From IMG/VR virus record IMGVR_UViG_3300037313_000797, positions 1 through 39,180 of that record: a DNA stretch of 39,180 nt. One strand, written 5' to 3'. This document shows, in pieces, positions 1 through 7,278 of this stretch. This DNA comes from a virus. Its lineage: Duplodnaviria > Caudoviricetes. The notes under the pieces were generated by a model that was given only the letters and a program-made list of their open reading frames with translations, made no database searches and was not told the DNA's origin. Every line of letters begins with the position of its first letter. Position 1 is the first letter of the stretch. The position numbers and the translations under genes are program-made.

Positions 1-127
1 GGGGGGGGGTAAGTATCTGAATTGGAATGATTCTTAACTGACTAACATTCAGGGAATAAAAACCGATAGGAAACACATAAGGAGTTGGGGGCGAAAAGCG
101 CTTACGTTCCGGAACCCCCAACTCGTC
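1..127. repeat. Terminal direct repeat, copy 1 (circular assembly overlap)
   Basis: Identical to 39054-39180. Confidence 0.97.
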
Positions 128-183
128 ATAACCCCCACGTGCCAGCGTGGAGACTACAACGCTGATGTATCGGCAAAGGGGGG
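82..183. other. Two GC-rich stem-loops downstream of the repressor gene
   Basis: GAGTTGGGGG(82-91)/CCCCCAACTC(115-124); CAGCGT(143-148)/ACGCTG(159-164) nested in CCCCC(132-136)/GGGGGG(178-183). Confidence 0.6.
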
Positions 184-252
184 CGTGTGCCTGAAGAGAC
201 TAAACAATTGAGGGAATTTAAAGAAAGACTCGCGGCTTTGAAGCAATACTCA

Positions 253-612
253 TCACTTGTTTTCGAGATTGCTCACTTGCTTGAGGTCCAAGGGGCCGTA
301 CCGAGTCTCAATGAATCCAACAACAACCGAGAGAGCGTTGTCATCGAGTTTCAGCGTTTTCTCGAAAAGCGAAACAAGTAACTGCTCGCGCGTAGATTTT
401 GGAGCTAAAGTGCGGTCGTAGAATAATCTAGATTCCGGCACTTTTAGCGTCTTGGCTAATATCCGCAGATTTTCCGCCTGGGGGACGTTCCCGCGCTCCA
501 TTTTTTGGTAGGTACTTAGGGAAATGCCAACTTTCGCGGAAAACTCTTCTTGAGTCATCTTTCCGCGAAGCTCTCTTAAATTGTCGGCAAAAACTTCCCT
601 AATCGTTTTCAC
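253..612 (-). CDS. CI-like XRE-family HTH repressor
   Basis: N-terminal HTH (NLRELRGKMTQEEFSAKVGISLSTYQKMERG); divergent from a Cro-like gene across an operator region; no S24 peptidase domain. Confidence 0.88.
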   Translation of the reverse strand: MKTIREVFADNLRELRGKMTQEEFSAKVGISLSTYQKMERGNVPQAENLRILAKTLKVPESRLFYDRTLAPKSTREQLLVSLFEKTLKLDDNALSVVVGFIETRYGPLDLKQVSNLENK

Positions 613-620
613 TAGTTAAA

Positions 621-694
621 TTCTACAGCCAAAGATTGGCTATAGAACTCCAAAGTTTGGTTAATTTTCCTTGCAAACAAGCCAAAGTTTGGCT
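621..694. promoter_or_regulatory. Three palindromic operators, core CCAAAG(A/T)TTGG
   Basis: AGCCAAAGATTGGCT 627-641 (extended palindrome 621-647), CCAAAGTTTGG 650-660, AGCCAAAGTTTGGCT 680-694. Confidence 0.85.
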
Positions 695-699
695 AGTAT
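671..699 (+). promoter_or_regulatory. PR-like sigma70 early promoter
   Basis: TTGCAA(671-676)-17 nt-TAGTAT(694-699), with operator 3 in the spacer. Confidence 0.75.
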
Positions 700-709
700 G
701 CTTCTCAGG

Positions 710-943
710 ATGAATGAACGATTCAAACTCAACAGTGAACTGGTCCGGGCGTGGCTCGATAAAGAGTGCAGGAAACAAAGCTTCCTGTCTCGCAGTCTGG
801 CTATTTCTGACACTTCGGTGACGCGAATGCTTGCAGGCGGTTACGTCCCCAAAGAGAGGACCCTAAAGGCTCTAGCTGAGTTGATTGGAGTGAGCACTGA
901 ACAATTGCTCATTCCTAAACCCGAGGCCAAGAGGGCCGGTTAA
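710..943 (+). CDS. Cro-like HTH protein
   Basis: HTH-like (QSFLSRSLAISDTSVTRMLAGGYVPKERTLKALAELIGV); start moved to ATG 710 because the track start lies inside the promoter. Confidence 0.8.
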   Translation: MNERFKLNSELVRAWLDKECRKQSFLSRSLAISDTSVTRMLAGGYVPKERTLKALAELIGVSTEQLLIPKPEAKRAG

Positions 944-1047
944 CAAATTTTTCCGTTGGATTGACTCAGAAGAAGAATCTAACGCGGTGAATAAATCATT
1001 TTTTGAATAACGTCAATTGAATATTGGCGAAGGGACTGGTGCGCCTT

Positions 1048-1236
1048 ATGCGTGACTGTACACACTGCTTTAATCAACGAGTTGTATTGAATCCTTATTT
1101 CGAGGAAGTCCCTTGCCCTGCGTGTGTTGAGTTCGCAAAGCGCCTGATTAAAGAGGCCGTCGCTAGAAGAATGGCTCGCGAAGCCGTTAAAAATTTTGTG
1201 CGGGATTTGGGGAATAGAAAGAAGGCAGTGTCATGA
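1048..1236 (+). CDS. Small CxxC-CxxC zinc-finger protein
   Basis: CTHC...CPAC; ATGA overlap with next gene. Confidence 0.6.
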   Translation: MRDCTHCFNQRVVLNPYFEEVPCPACVEFAKRLIKEAVARRMAREAVKNFVRDLGNRKKAVS

Positions 1237-1439
1237 ATCAAGAAGTGAAAAACCGTGTGCGCCAAATGGCTAGCGAGATCGCCGGTATCCTGCAAGATCT
1301 TCCCGAAGGCGTCACCGTTGATAAATATGAATTAGACACTTTGTATAGCTCTATCGTGTCTGAATCTTTTCGCATCAAATTCAATGGAACAACTCTCTCT
1401 ATCAATGTGATTGCCGACAAAGGAAAGGCGGGCGCATGA
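1233..1439 (+). CDS. Hypothetical protein
   Basis: ATGA overlaps on both sides; SD-like GAAGG. Confidence 0.7.
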   Translation: MNQEVKNRVRQMASEIAGILQDLPEGVTVDKYELDTLYSSIVSESFRIKFNGTTLSINVIADKGKAGA

Positions 1440-2329
1440 AACTCACCAATAAACGCAATCTGCCTGAGGCCTTTGTTCAAGCCGTCAAAAACGATGGCTA
1501 TACCCGCGGCGATGCCGACCTAAGCGTTACGCAAGCAATCGATGCCCCACAAGTCGTGGAACTGACTCGGCGTCACTGGGATCAGCTTGAAGAAGATGTG
1601 GAAGACCGCGTGTGGTCACTCTTTGGACAAGCCACACATACGATTCTTGAGCGTGCAAACAAAACTGCCGTTGCTGAGCGCAGGCTCTCAATTGAGGTTG
1701 AGGGCTGGAAGATTTCAGGCGGGATGGACTTGTATGACATGCACGGCACTTTGACCGATTACAAAACCACGTCTGCATGGTCACTCATTTTTGATGGCCT
1801 TGAGAAGTGGGAAAAACAGCTCAATTGCTATGCAGTGATTTTGCGAGCCAATGGCCATAAAGTTGAAAAGCTTCAAGCCGTTGCAATCCTTCGTGACTGG
1901 CAGAGATCTAAAGCCGACATGGATGCAAGCTACCCACAATCCATGGTTGTGAATATCAACATCCCCGTATGGCCCGCAGAGATTGCCGAGAGGTACTTGC
2001 GTGAGCGCGTGATCTTGCACCAGCAAGCGCGTCTCACTAAGAACATGCCCGCCTGTACCAACAAAGAGCGTTGGGTACGCGATGAGGCTTGGGCTGTGAA
2101 AAAGGTCGGCGGAAAAAAGGCGCTCTCAGGTGGCGTGTTCAAGTCAGAAGCAGAGGCTCGCGCCTTTGTAGGCTTTGATAAGGGGCTCATCATTGAACAT
2201 CGTCCAGGTTCACCAAACCGCTGCCTCAATTACTGTGCAGTCTCTAAGTTCTGTCCACAATTTCAATCAAGCTTGACTGAGTCAGACGGGCCATCTGATG
2301 CAGTCATTGAACAAACTCAGGCCGGATAA
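1436..2329 (+). CDS. PD-(D/E)xK exonuclease, Cas4/RecB-like
   Basis: GGMDLYD...TDYKT and QLNCYA motifs; C-terminal cysteines (RCLNYC...FCPQ). Confidence 0.85.
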   Translation: MKLTNKRNLPEAFVQAVKNDGYTRGDADLSVTQAIDAPQVVELTRRHWDQLEEDVEDRVWSLFGQATHTILERANKTAVAERRLSIEVEGWKISGGMDLYDMHGTLTDYKTTSAWSLIFDGLEKWEKQLNCYAVILRANGHKVEKLQAVAILRDWQRSKADMDASYPQSMVVNINIPVWPAEIAERYLRERVILHQQARLTKNMPACTNKERWVRDEAWAVKKVGGKKALSGGVFKSEAEARAFVGFDKGLIIEHRPGSPNRCLNYCAVSKFCPQFQSSLTESDGPSDAVIEQTQAG

Positions 2330-2343
2330 AAGGGAATATACTT

Positions 2344-2820
2344 ATGATGTTTAAGCCACGTCCAAAGGGTTTAGGTCGCGATAACTTCTTGAAGCTCAAT
2401 GACCGCGAAGAAGTCACGGGAGTTTTCAAGGGCGATATCCACACGTTCAAGCGTCACTGGACCGGACAATCAAGTGTTGAATGCACGGGTCCAGAGAGCT
2501 GCGCAGTGTGTGCAAACGATCCTGAGAACAAGCCAGCATTCCGTTTTCGTGTGAACTTTATCACCACGAAAGATGGCCAGTATGTCGCCAAGATCTTTGA
2601 AGGCGGCGGGGAGCTTTATGACACGCTCGCAAATCTTGATCGCAAGTTTAACCTTGCTGACACGGTTGTTGAAATCACACGACGTGGACTTAAGCAGAAT
2701 ACTAAGTATGATGTTCTACCGCTTACGAATCAGCCGATCTCAAAAGAGATGCGATCCAAAATTGATTCAGTCCCGCCGCTTGCCCTGAGTGCCGAAGAGT
2801 CTTCGGACGTTCCGTTTTGA
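2344..2820 (+). CDS. Single-stranded DNA-binding protein (gp32-like, Zn-binding)
   Basis: HW...C...CxxC cluster; acidic tail ending DVPF; follows the exonuclease. Confidence 0.75.
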   Translation: MMFKPRPKGLGRDNFLKLNDREEVTGVFKGDIHTFKRHWTGQSSVECTGPESCAVCANDPENKPAFRFRVNFITTKDGQYVAKIFEGGGELYDTLANLDRKFNLADTVVEITRRGLKQNTKYDVLPLTNQPISKEMRSKIDSVPPLALSAEESSDVPF

Positions 2821-2829
2821 GGTGATGCA

Positions 2830-2931
2830 ATGAAATACTTCAACCCCGGCCTCATGCCGATGGCTCTCTTTGCTGCAGCCGTTGCAATCGCAGTGGTGTG
2901 CTTTGTGATCACTAGCGGGAGAATGGCCTGA
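2830..2931 (+). CDS. 33-aa single-pass membrane peptide
   Basis: SD GAGGTGA; MKYFNPGLMPMALFAAAVAIAVVCFVITSGRMA (below ORF-track cutoff). Confidence 0.6.
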   Translation: MKYFNPGLMPMALFAAAVAIAVVCFVITSGRMA

Positions 2932-2980
2932 ACAATTTAGGCAACTGTAACCTGTAGCTGAATTTAAAGGAGTTTTTTTT

Positions 2981-3289
2981 ATGGGATACGCAGAACAAGA
3001 AGCCGAAGGCCCTAAAATGCTAGCTGAGATTGCGAGACTTAAGGCCGAGGTTGAACGCCTCAAGGGACTAGTTCCACAGAATGCGGACTTGATGATTAAG
3101 AATCACGACCTCTTAGTCGCGCTTGAATGGTATGCCGACAATCGAAACTGGCGCTCAATTACAGACGGTTGTTATCAATACATTGTGATTGATAAATCAG
3201 ATGAGGTTTCAGCCAAGAACCAATCGTTTCCTACAATTAAAACAGCAGGAAAGCGTGCTCGCGAAGCTCTCGGAAGGAACGATAAATGA
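2981..3289 (+). CDS. Hypothetical protein with coiled-coil N-terminus (Ead/Ea22-like architecture)
   Basis: SD AAGGAG; AEIARLKAEVERLK...ALEWYAD...GKRAREAL. Confidence 0.75.
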   Translation: MGYAEQEAEGPKMLAEIARLKAEVERLKGLVPQNADLMIKNHDLLVALEWYADNRNWRSITDGCYQYIVIDKSDEVSAKNQSFPTIKTAGKRAREALGRNDK

Positions 3290-3369
3290 GACTTATTAAA
3301 TTTTTTATAAGTATCCCAGTACGAATCACTCTGTGGCTATTGGCTAAGGCCATGGGTAATCGGATGTGA
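3286..3369 (+). CDS. 27-aa hydrophobic peptide
   Basis: ATGA overlap; MRLIKFFISIPVRITLWLLAKAMGNRM. Confidence 0.45.
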   Translation: MRLIKFFISIPVRITLWLLAKAMGNRM

Positions 3370-3420
3370 CATTCTCACACAATGTAACGTTAATTAGTAA
3401 GCAGTAAATAGGAGTAGTGT

Positions 3421-3729
3421 ATGGCAGGAAGAAAAACGAACGAAGAGAGACAAGCGATTATCGACAAGATCACAGAATCAAGAAAGGAAGGCATGTCCTT
3501 GACTGATGCTGCGGCCTCTTGTGGAATCTCTGATAAGACATATTACCTTTGGATGCGAAAAGGCTCTAAGGCTGCGCCAAAGCAATCGCAACCTAAACAG
3601 GCAAAGAAAAGTTCGTTTCTCACAGTTTCAGTGCCGGAGGACAAGATGCCCTTCGTTTTTATCATGGGGAGTTCAGCTGATGTTCATGGAATTTTTGATC
3701 GGCTCTCTCAAATTTCGAGAAGGGGATAG
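3421..3729 (+). CDS. IS66 TnpA-like HTH protein
   Basis: SD AGGAG; GMSLTDAAASCGISDKTYYLWMRK HTH, Lys/Gln/Pro linker, then F-x-x-V-x-V as in IS66 Orf1. Confidence 0.65.
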   Translation: MAGRKTNEERQAIIDKITESRKEGMSLTDAAASCGISDKTYYLWMRKGSKAAPKQSQPKQAKKSSFLTVSVPEDKMPFVFIMGSSADVHGIFDRLSQISRRG

Positions 3730-3731
3730 TC

Positions 3732-4094
3732 ATGTCAAAGGGGGCAATTATCAGATGTTTCTTGGACGCAGATATGCGCAACGGTCACGATGGACTTGCG
3801 GAGCTTGCGAAGAAAGAGAACATCGATGTGAAGAAGATTAGTCGCGGTGAGTTTGTTGTGTTTGTTAACTCAGCAAAGGACCGCGTGAAAGTTTATGCCG
3901 CATCAAACGTGATCGCATACATGAAATCATCCAAGGGTCAAAAGATTGATCTGCGCGTGATCAGAGAGATTCCAAGAGCATTTAACGGCGGCGGGATTTC
4001 TTATGATGAGACGATTGAAAAGATGCTGAGTTTAAAGATTGCGCAAAAGCCTAGGATTTCTCCGCTTCAGGCGGCAAAGGCTATGCGTGCATAA
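3732..4094 (+). CDS. IS66 TnpB (Orf2)-like protein
   Basis: DMRNGHDGL and FVVFVNSAKDRVKV resemble the IS66 TnpB motifs DMRKGFDGL and FxFxNRxRDRxKxL. Confidence 0.8.
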   Translation: MSKGAIIRCFLDADMRNGHDGLAELAKKENIDVKKISRGEFVVFVNSAKDRVKVYAASNVIAYMKSSKGQKIDLRVIREIPRAFNGGGISYDETIEKMLSLKIAQKPRISPLQAAKAMRA

Positions 4095-4186
4095 AGTTCT
4101 AGCGAGGGGATAGAAGCAGACCCGTTAGATCGGGCGCAGGTTCGGATCGCTACCAAATGCCTGCGCCTGTATTTTTAGAGGTGAAC

Positions 4187-4330
4187 ATGAGCCAAGAAGA
4201 CTTTAATGAATTGTTAGAAATCTTCCGAAAACTCAAACAATGGCGCGATGAGAAAGACGCTGCCGAACAAGAAGCCTTGATTAGAAGCGGGGCGCCACTT
4301 GTTAACCAGGAGCATCCAAGAGTCCACTAA
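4187..4330 (+). CDS. 47-aa protein coupled to the integrase (RDF candidate)
   Basis: SD GAGGTG; MSQEDFNELLEIFRKLKQWRDEK...; TAATG overlap with the integrase start. Confidence 0.7.
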   Translation: MSQEDFNELLEIFRKLKQWRDEKDAAEQEALIRSGAPLVNQEHPRVH

Positions 4331-5937
4331 TGAACGGTCCTGAATGGCTTGGTGATAGCTCAGACGCGATTGCAATTCTTCGTGTCAGCTCGCACCGGCA
4401 AAGAGACGGCGTATCCCATGAGGCTCAAGAAAAAGAGATCAGGGATTACTGCACCTTCAACGGCCTGAATCTCGTTCGGGTTGTAAAGCTCATTGAGTCG
4501 GCTTTTGATTCAGATGAGCGAAAGAAGTTTGATGCTGCCATGACCGGCGCGTTCAAGGCCCATATCCGCCATGTCCTTTTTTACATGTATGATCGTGAGT
4601 CAAGAAACCTGACTCACGCTGAGCGAAACGAAAAACTCGTTAAGGCTGGTATCTTTGTCATTCACTACGTGCGTGATCGCAAGGTGTTACACCAAGGAAG
4701 TTCTGACTCAGATTTCTTTATCCGCGATATTTCTGCGGCAACAAATAAGCATTACAGCAGAAGCCTGAGCACTAAGATCAATGACTCAATGGTACAAAAG
4801 GCTGAGAACGGTTGGTATCCCTCGAATCGCCCGCCTCTTGGTTACACGACAAAACGTGAGAATGATGAGAATGGGAGAGAGCTTAGACGCGGTCTTGCTT
4901 ATGTCATTCCTGATCCGGACACGCGTAAGGTGAAATGGGTCCAGATGGAGTTTGAACTACGCGCTCGCGGTCTGAGTTACGAGACAATTCGCAAGACCGT
5001 GATTGCATCGGGCTTGCTCACACAGAAAGAAATCAAACAGTACAAGATCGGCACGATTGAGTACCGGATTAAGAACCCTTTCTATGAGGGTTACTTTCTT
5101 TGGAAGGGCAAGCGTTACAAAGGAAAGCACGAGCTGATCATCCCGCCAAAAACTATTCAGCTTGCCAGAGACAATGCTGGCAAAGGGAAGGTCGCACGCA
5201 CGCAAGATGAGTTTGGACTTTTTGCCGGTGGATGGCTCAAGTGCGCCGAGTGTGAGTGCTTGATTACTTATGACCCGAAAACCAAGGTCTATAAGAACGG
5301 CAAGACGACAACCTATCACTACTATCGCTGTTCAAACGGCAAGGGCTTTCATGCTCGCAAGACGTTCATCACTGAGCAGGATATTTGGGAGCAGTTCGGA
5401 CAAGTGATTGATCTCATCTCAATATCTCGCGAGACGGCAGAGCGTCTTGCCGAAGGTCTTAACGTCACGCATCGCAAAGTTGCAGCGGCGCATCTCAAGA
5501 AGATTGATGAGCTGAAAGAAGAACTCGCGTCACTCACTGAGCGCGAGGACCGCGCATATGACGACATGCTTTCGGGGCTCTTAGATGCCGAAGGTTTCAA
5601 GCGTCAACGCGAGAGAATTAGAAATGAGCGCGTGCGTCTTAGTGATGAACTTGAGCGTTCAAAGTCGGCCGTAAGCGGCAAAAACCTAGTGTCTGTGTCG
5701 GCAATTATCGAACTCGCTATGTCCGCGAAATCTATCTACTTGTCGCGAACTCCGCGAGAACGCCGAGAATTCTTAGAATTGATACTATCTAACCCGAGTT
5801 TAAGAGGGCTAACTGTTGAATATACTTTGAAAAAGCATTGGGATGAGTTGATCAAAATGCGGGGAGTCAATGAGATGGTGGTCCCACCAGGAAGTTTTTC
5901 CGACTTATTCCCCGCGTTTCCAGACGAGAATGACTAA
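4330..5937 (+). CDS. Large serine recombinase (integrase)
   Basis: Catalytic LRVSS..Q...S...Q and DRESR; recombinase domain (PPLGY, NPFYEG); zinc ribbon CAEC...YYRC; coiled coil. Confidence 0.95.
   Translation: MNGPEWLGDSSDAIAILRVSSHRQRDGVSHEAQEKEIRDYCTFNGLNLVRVVKLIESAFDSDERKKFDAAMTGAFKAHIRHVLFYMYDRESRNLTHAERNEKLVKAGIFVIHYVRDRKVLHQGSSDSDFFIRDISAATNKHYSRSLSTKINDSMVQKAENGWYPSNRPPLGYTTKRENDENGRELRRGLAYVIPDPDTRKVKWVQMEFELRARGLSYETIRKTVIASGLLTQKEIKQYKIGTIEYRIKNPFYEGYFLWKGKRYKGKHELIIPPKTIQLARDNAGKGKVARTQDEFGLFAGGWLKCAECECLITYDPKTKVYKNGKTTTYHYYRCSNGKGFHARKTFITEQDIWEQFGQVIDLISISRETAERLAEGLNVTHRKVAAAHLKKIDELKEELASLTEREDRAYDDMLSGLLDAEGFKRQRERIRNERVRLSDELERSKSAVSGKNLVSVSAIIELAMSAKSIYLSRTPRERREFLELILSNPSLRGLTVEYTLKKHWDELIKMRGVNEMVVPPGSFSDLFPAFPDEND
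5876..5892 (-). other. Putative attP core resembling a tRNA 3' end
   Basis: Minus strand reads TCCTGGTGGGACCACCA (T-stem, acceptor strand, CCA); plus strand is the dyad TGGTGG-TC-CCACCA. Confidence 0.6.
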
Positions 5938-6053
5938 TCATTTCGGCTGATCAATCCATCCCTTCACAAATGAAAGCGGCTCGCTATCCCACCTGGACAG
6001 AGAGCCACTAGCATCAACACGCTTGGGGAAGCGTTAGAGGGGATATCGGGGGA

Positions 6054-6863
6054 ATGGCTAGAACTAATATTGAGGACACGGGCTTTACCAAGGCCCTAGA
6101 GCTTTCGCATTTGATCGAGTGGGATGTTGGGCGTGCGCTAGGTGCGCTCGCATGGCTGTGGCATGAGTCGCAGGCCAAGTGTCGTCTAAGTGGTACTGCG
6201 TCTGAGATTCTTCGCTGGAGCAAGGTCAAGCTCTCTGATGACGAGGCTTTAAGCTATCTTGAAGCCCTCATCGAGTTAGATCTTATTCGCCCAGTTCTCG
6301 AAAACGGATCACTTTTAGAGAACGAATTTGAAATCGCAGGCAATGATGACGAGGTTAAGCGCCTTGTCATGTACAAGGAGCGTTCAAAAAAGGGTGGCGA
6401 AAGTACTAGGAAAAAGTACGAATCAGAGAAAGAGAGGGCTTCAAGCCTAGCTTCAAGCCTAGCTTCAAGCCAGCTTGGAGGGGGCCCAGATCAGATCAGT
6501 TCAGATCATATCAAATCAGATCAAATAAAAAACATGTCGGAGCCTAACGGCTCGACGCGAGTTCGATTTGATTTTGAATCGCTTTATAAAAAATACCCGC
6601 GCAAAGAGGGAAAGGCCGATGGCCTGAAGCGCTGTAAGGCGCAAATTAAAACCCCCGAAGCGTTCGCAGAGTTATCTCAGGCGATAGACAAATATAAATC
6701 TCACGTTCACTCAAAGGGACTCGAAGAAAAGTACATCAAGCACTTTTCCACGTTCATGAACTCGTGGCGAGACTGGCTAGACCCCGAAACAGGCAGCGCA
6801 GAGTCGTCTGTAATCGATTTTGCGGCTATCGCTAGGGGGGTAGGTGCGGCGTATGACTCCTGA
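6054..6863 (+). CDS. Replication initiator (replisome organiser)
   Basis: Internal iteron repeats; C-terminal FESLYKKYPRKEGK...KHFSTFMNSWRDW domain typical of phage initiators. Confidence 0.8.
   Translation: MARTNIEDTGFTKALELSHLIEWDVGRALGALAWLWHESQAKCRLSGTASEILRWSKVKLSDDEALSYLEALIELDLIRPVLENGSLLENEFEIAGNDDEVKRLVMYKERSKKGGESTRKKYESEKERASSLASSLASSQLGGGPDQISSDHIKSDQIKNMSEPNGSTRVRFDFESLYKKYPRKEGKADGLKRCKAQIKTPEAFAELSQAIDKYKSHVHSKGLEEKYIKHFSTFMNSWRDWLDPETGSAESSVIDFAAIARGVGAAYDS
6438..6526 (+). repeat. Iteron-like repeats, probable origin of replication
   Basis: GCTTCAAGCCTA x2 plus GCTTCAAGCC (6438-6471); eight CAGAT-like pentamers (6487-6526). Confidence 0.75.
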
Positions 6864-7278
6864 GCACTTTGGCGCCCAAATGAACCGCTTGTCGGAGACC
6901 TTCGGAAAGACCGCTTTCAACCGTGAGCGCTCGCAGCTGATTTGGGTCGCCGTGAAAGACTTAACGCCTGATTGGTTCAAGAGCGTAGTTGATAACATGA
7001 TCGGAACACTCAGACAGGCTCCGCTTGTTCCTGACTTTGTTGAGGCCGCGCGTTTTGAGCGCAATCGGATCTATGAAGAACAAAAACGCTCAGAATCTCG
7101 AATCAGCTTCGATCAATGGGTATCCAACTTCACCCGCGACGATGAACGCATGATGGCTCAAACGATAGTGAAGCGTCTGCGTGGCGAGGTTCCAGATAAC
7201 GAGTGGGATAGCTTTCTCAAAATGCTTGATGGGATGGCGGCGGCTGAAAAAGCTGCCTCGAACGTGAGGCTTAGGTGA
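6853..7278 (+). CDS. Hypothetical protein, helicase-loader position
   Basis: Overlaps the initiator 3' end; function from synteny only. Confidence 0.6.
   Translation: MTPEHFGAQMNRLSETFGKTAFNRERSQLIWVAVKDLTPDWFKSVVDNMIGTLRQAPLVPDFVEAARFERNRIYEEQKRSESRISFDQWVSNFTRDDERMMAQTIVKRLRGEVPDNEWDSFLKMLDGMAAAEKAASNVRLR

Noticed and set aside
1-127. Physical direct terminal repeats of the virion DNA
   Set aside because: 127 bp equals a common assembler k-mer and the join starts in a G9 run; best read as a circular overlap
671-709. N-terminal extension of Cro from the track's TTG start
   Set aside because: That TTG is the -35 box and the extension spans an operator
1436-2329. CRISPR-Cas adaptation module
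   Set aside because: No cas1/cas2 and no repeat-spacer array seen; solo Cas4-like nucleases beside SSB are common in phages
2973-2980. T8 tract as a phase-variation switch
   Set aside because: Short, lies in an SD-ATG spacer, and no length variation can be seen from one sequence
4100-4155. A second tRNA gene (GGTTCG...ACCA)
   Set aside because: Only about 56 nt with no proper D- or T-stem; kept only as an alternative structure
3397-4180. Complete IS66 insertion sequence
   Set aside because: GTAAGC near 3397 has no matching right end, no target duplication and no TnpC
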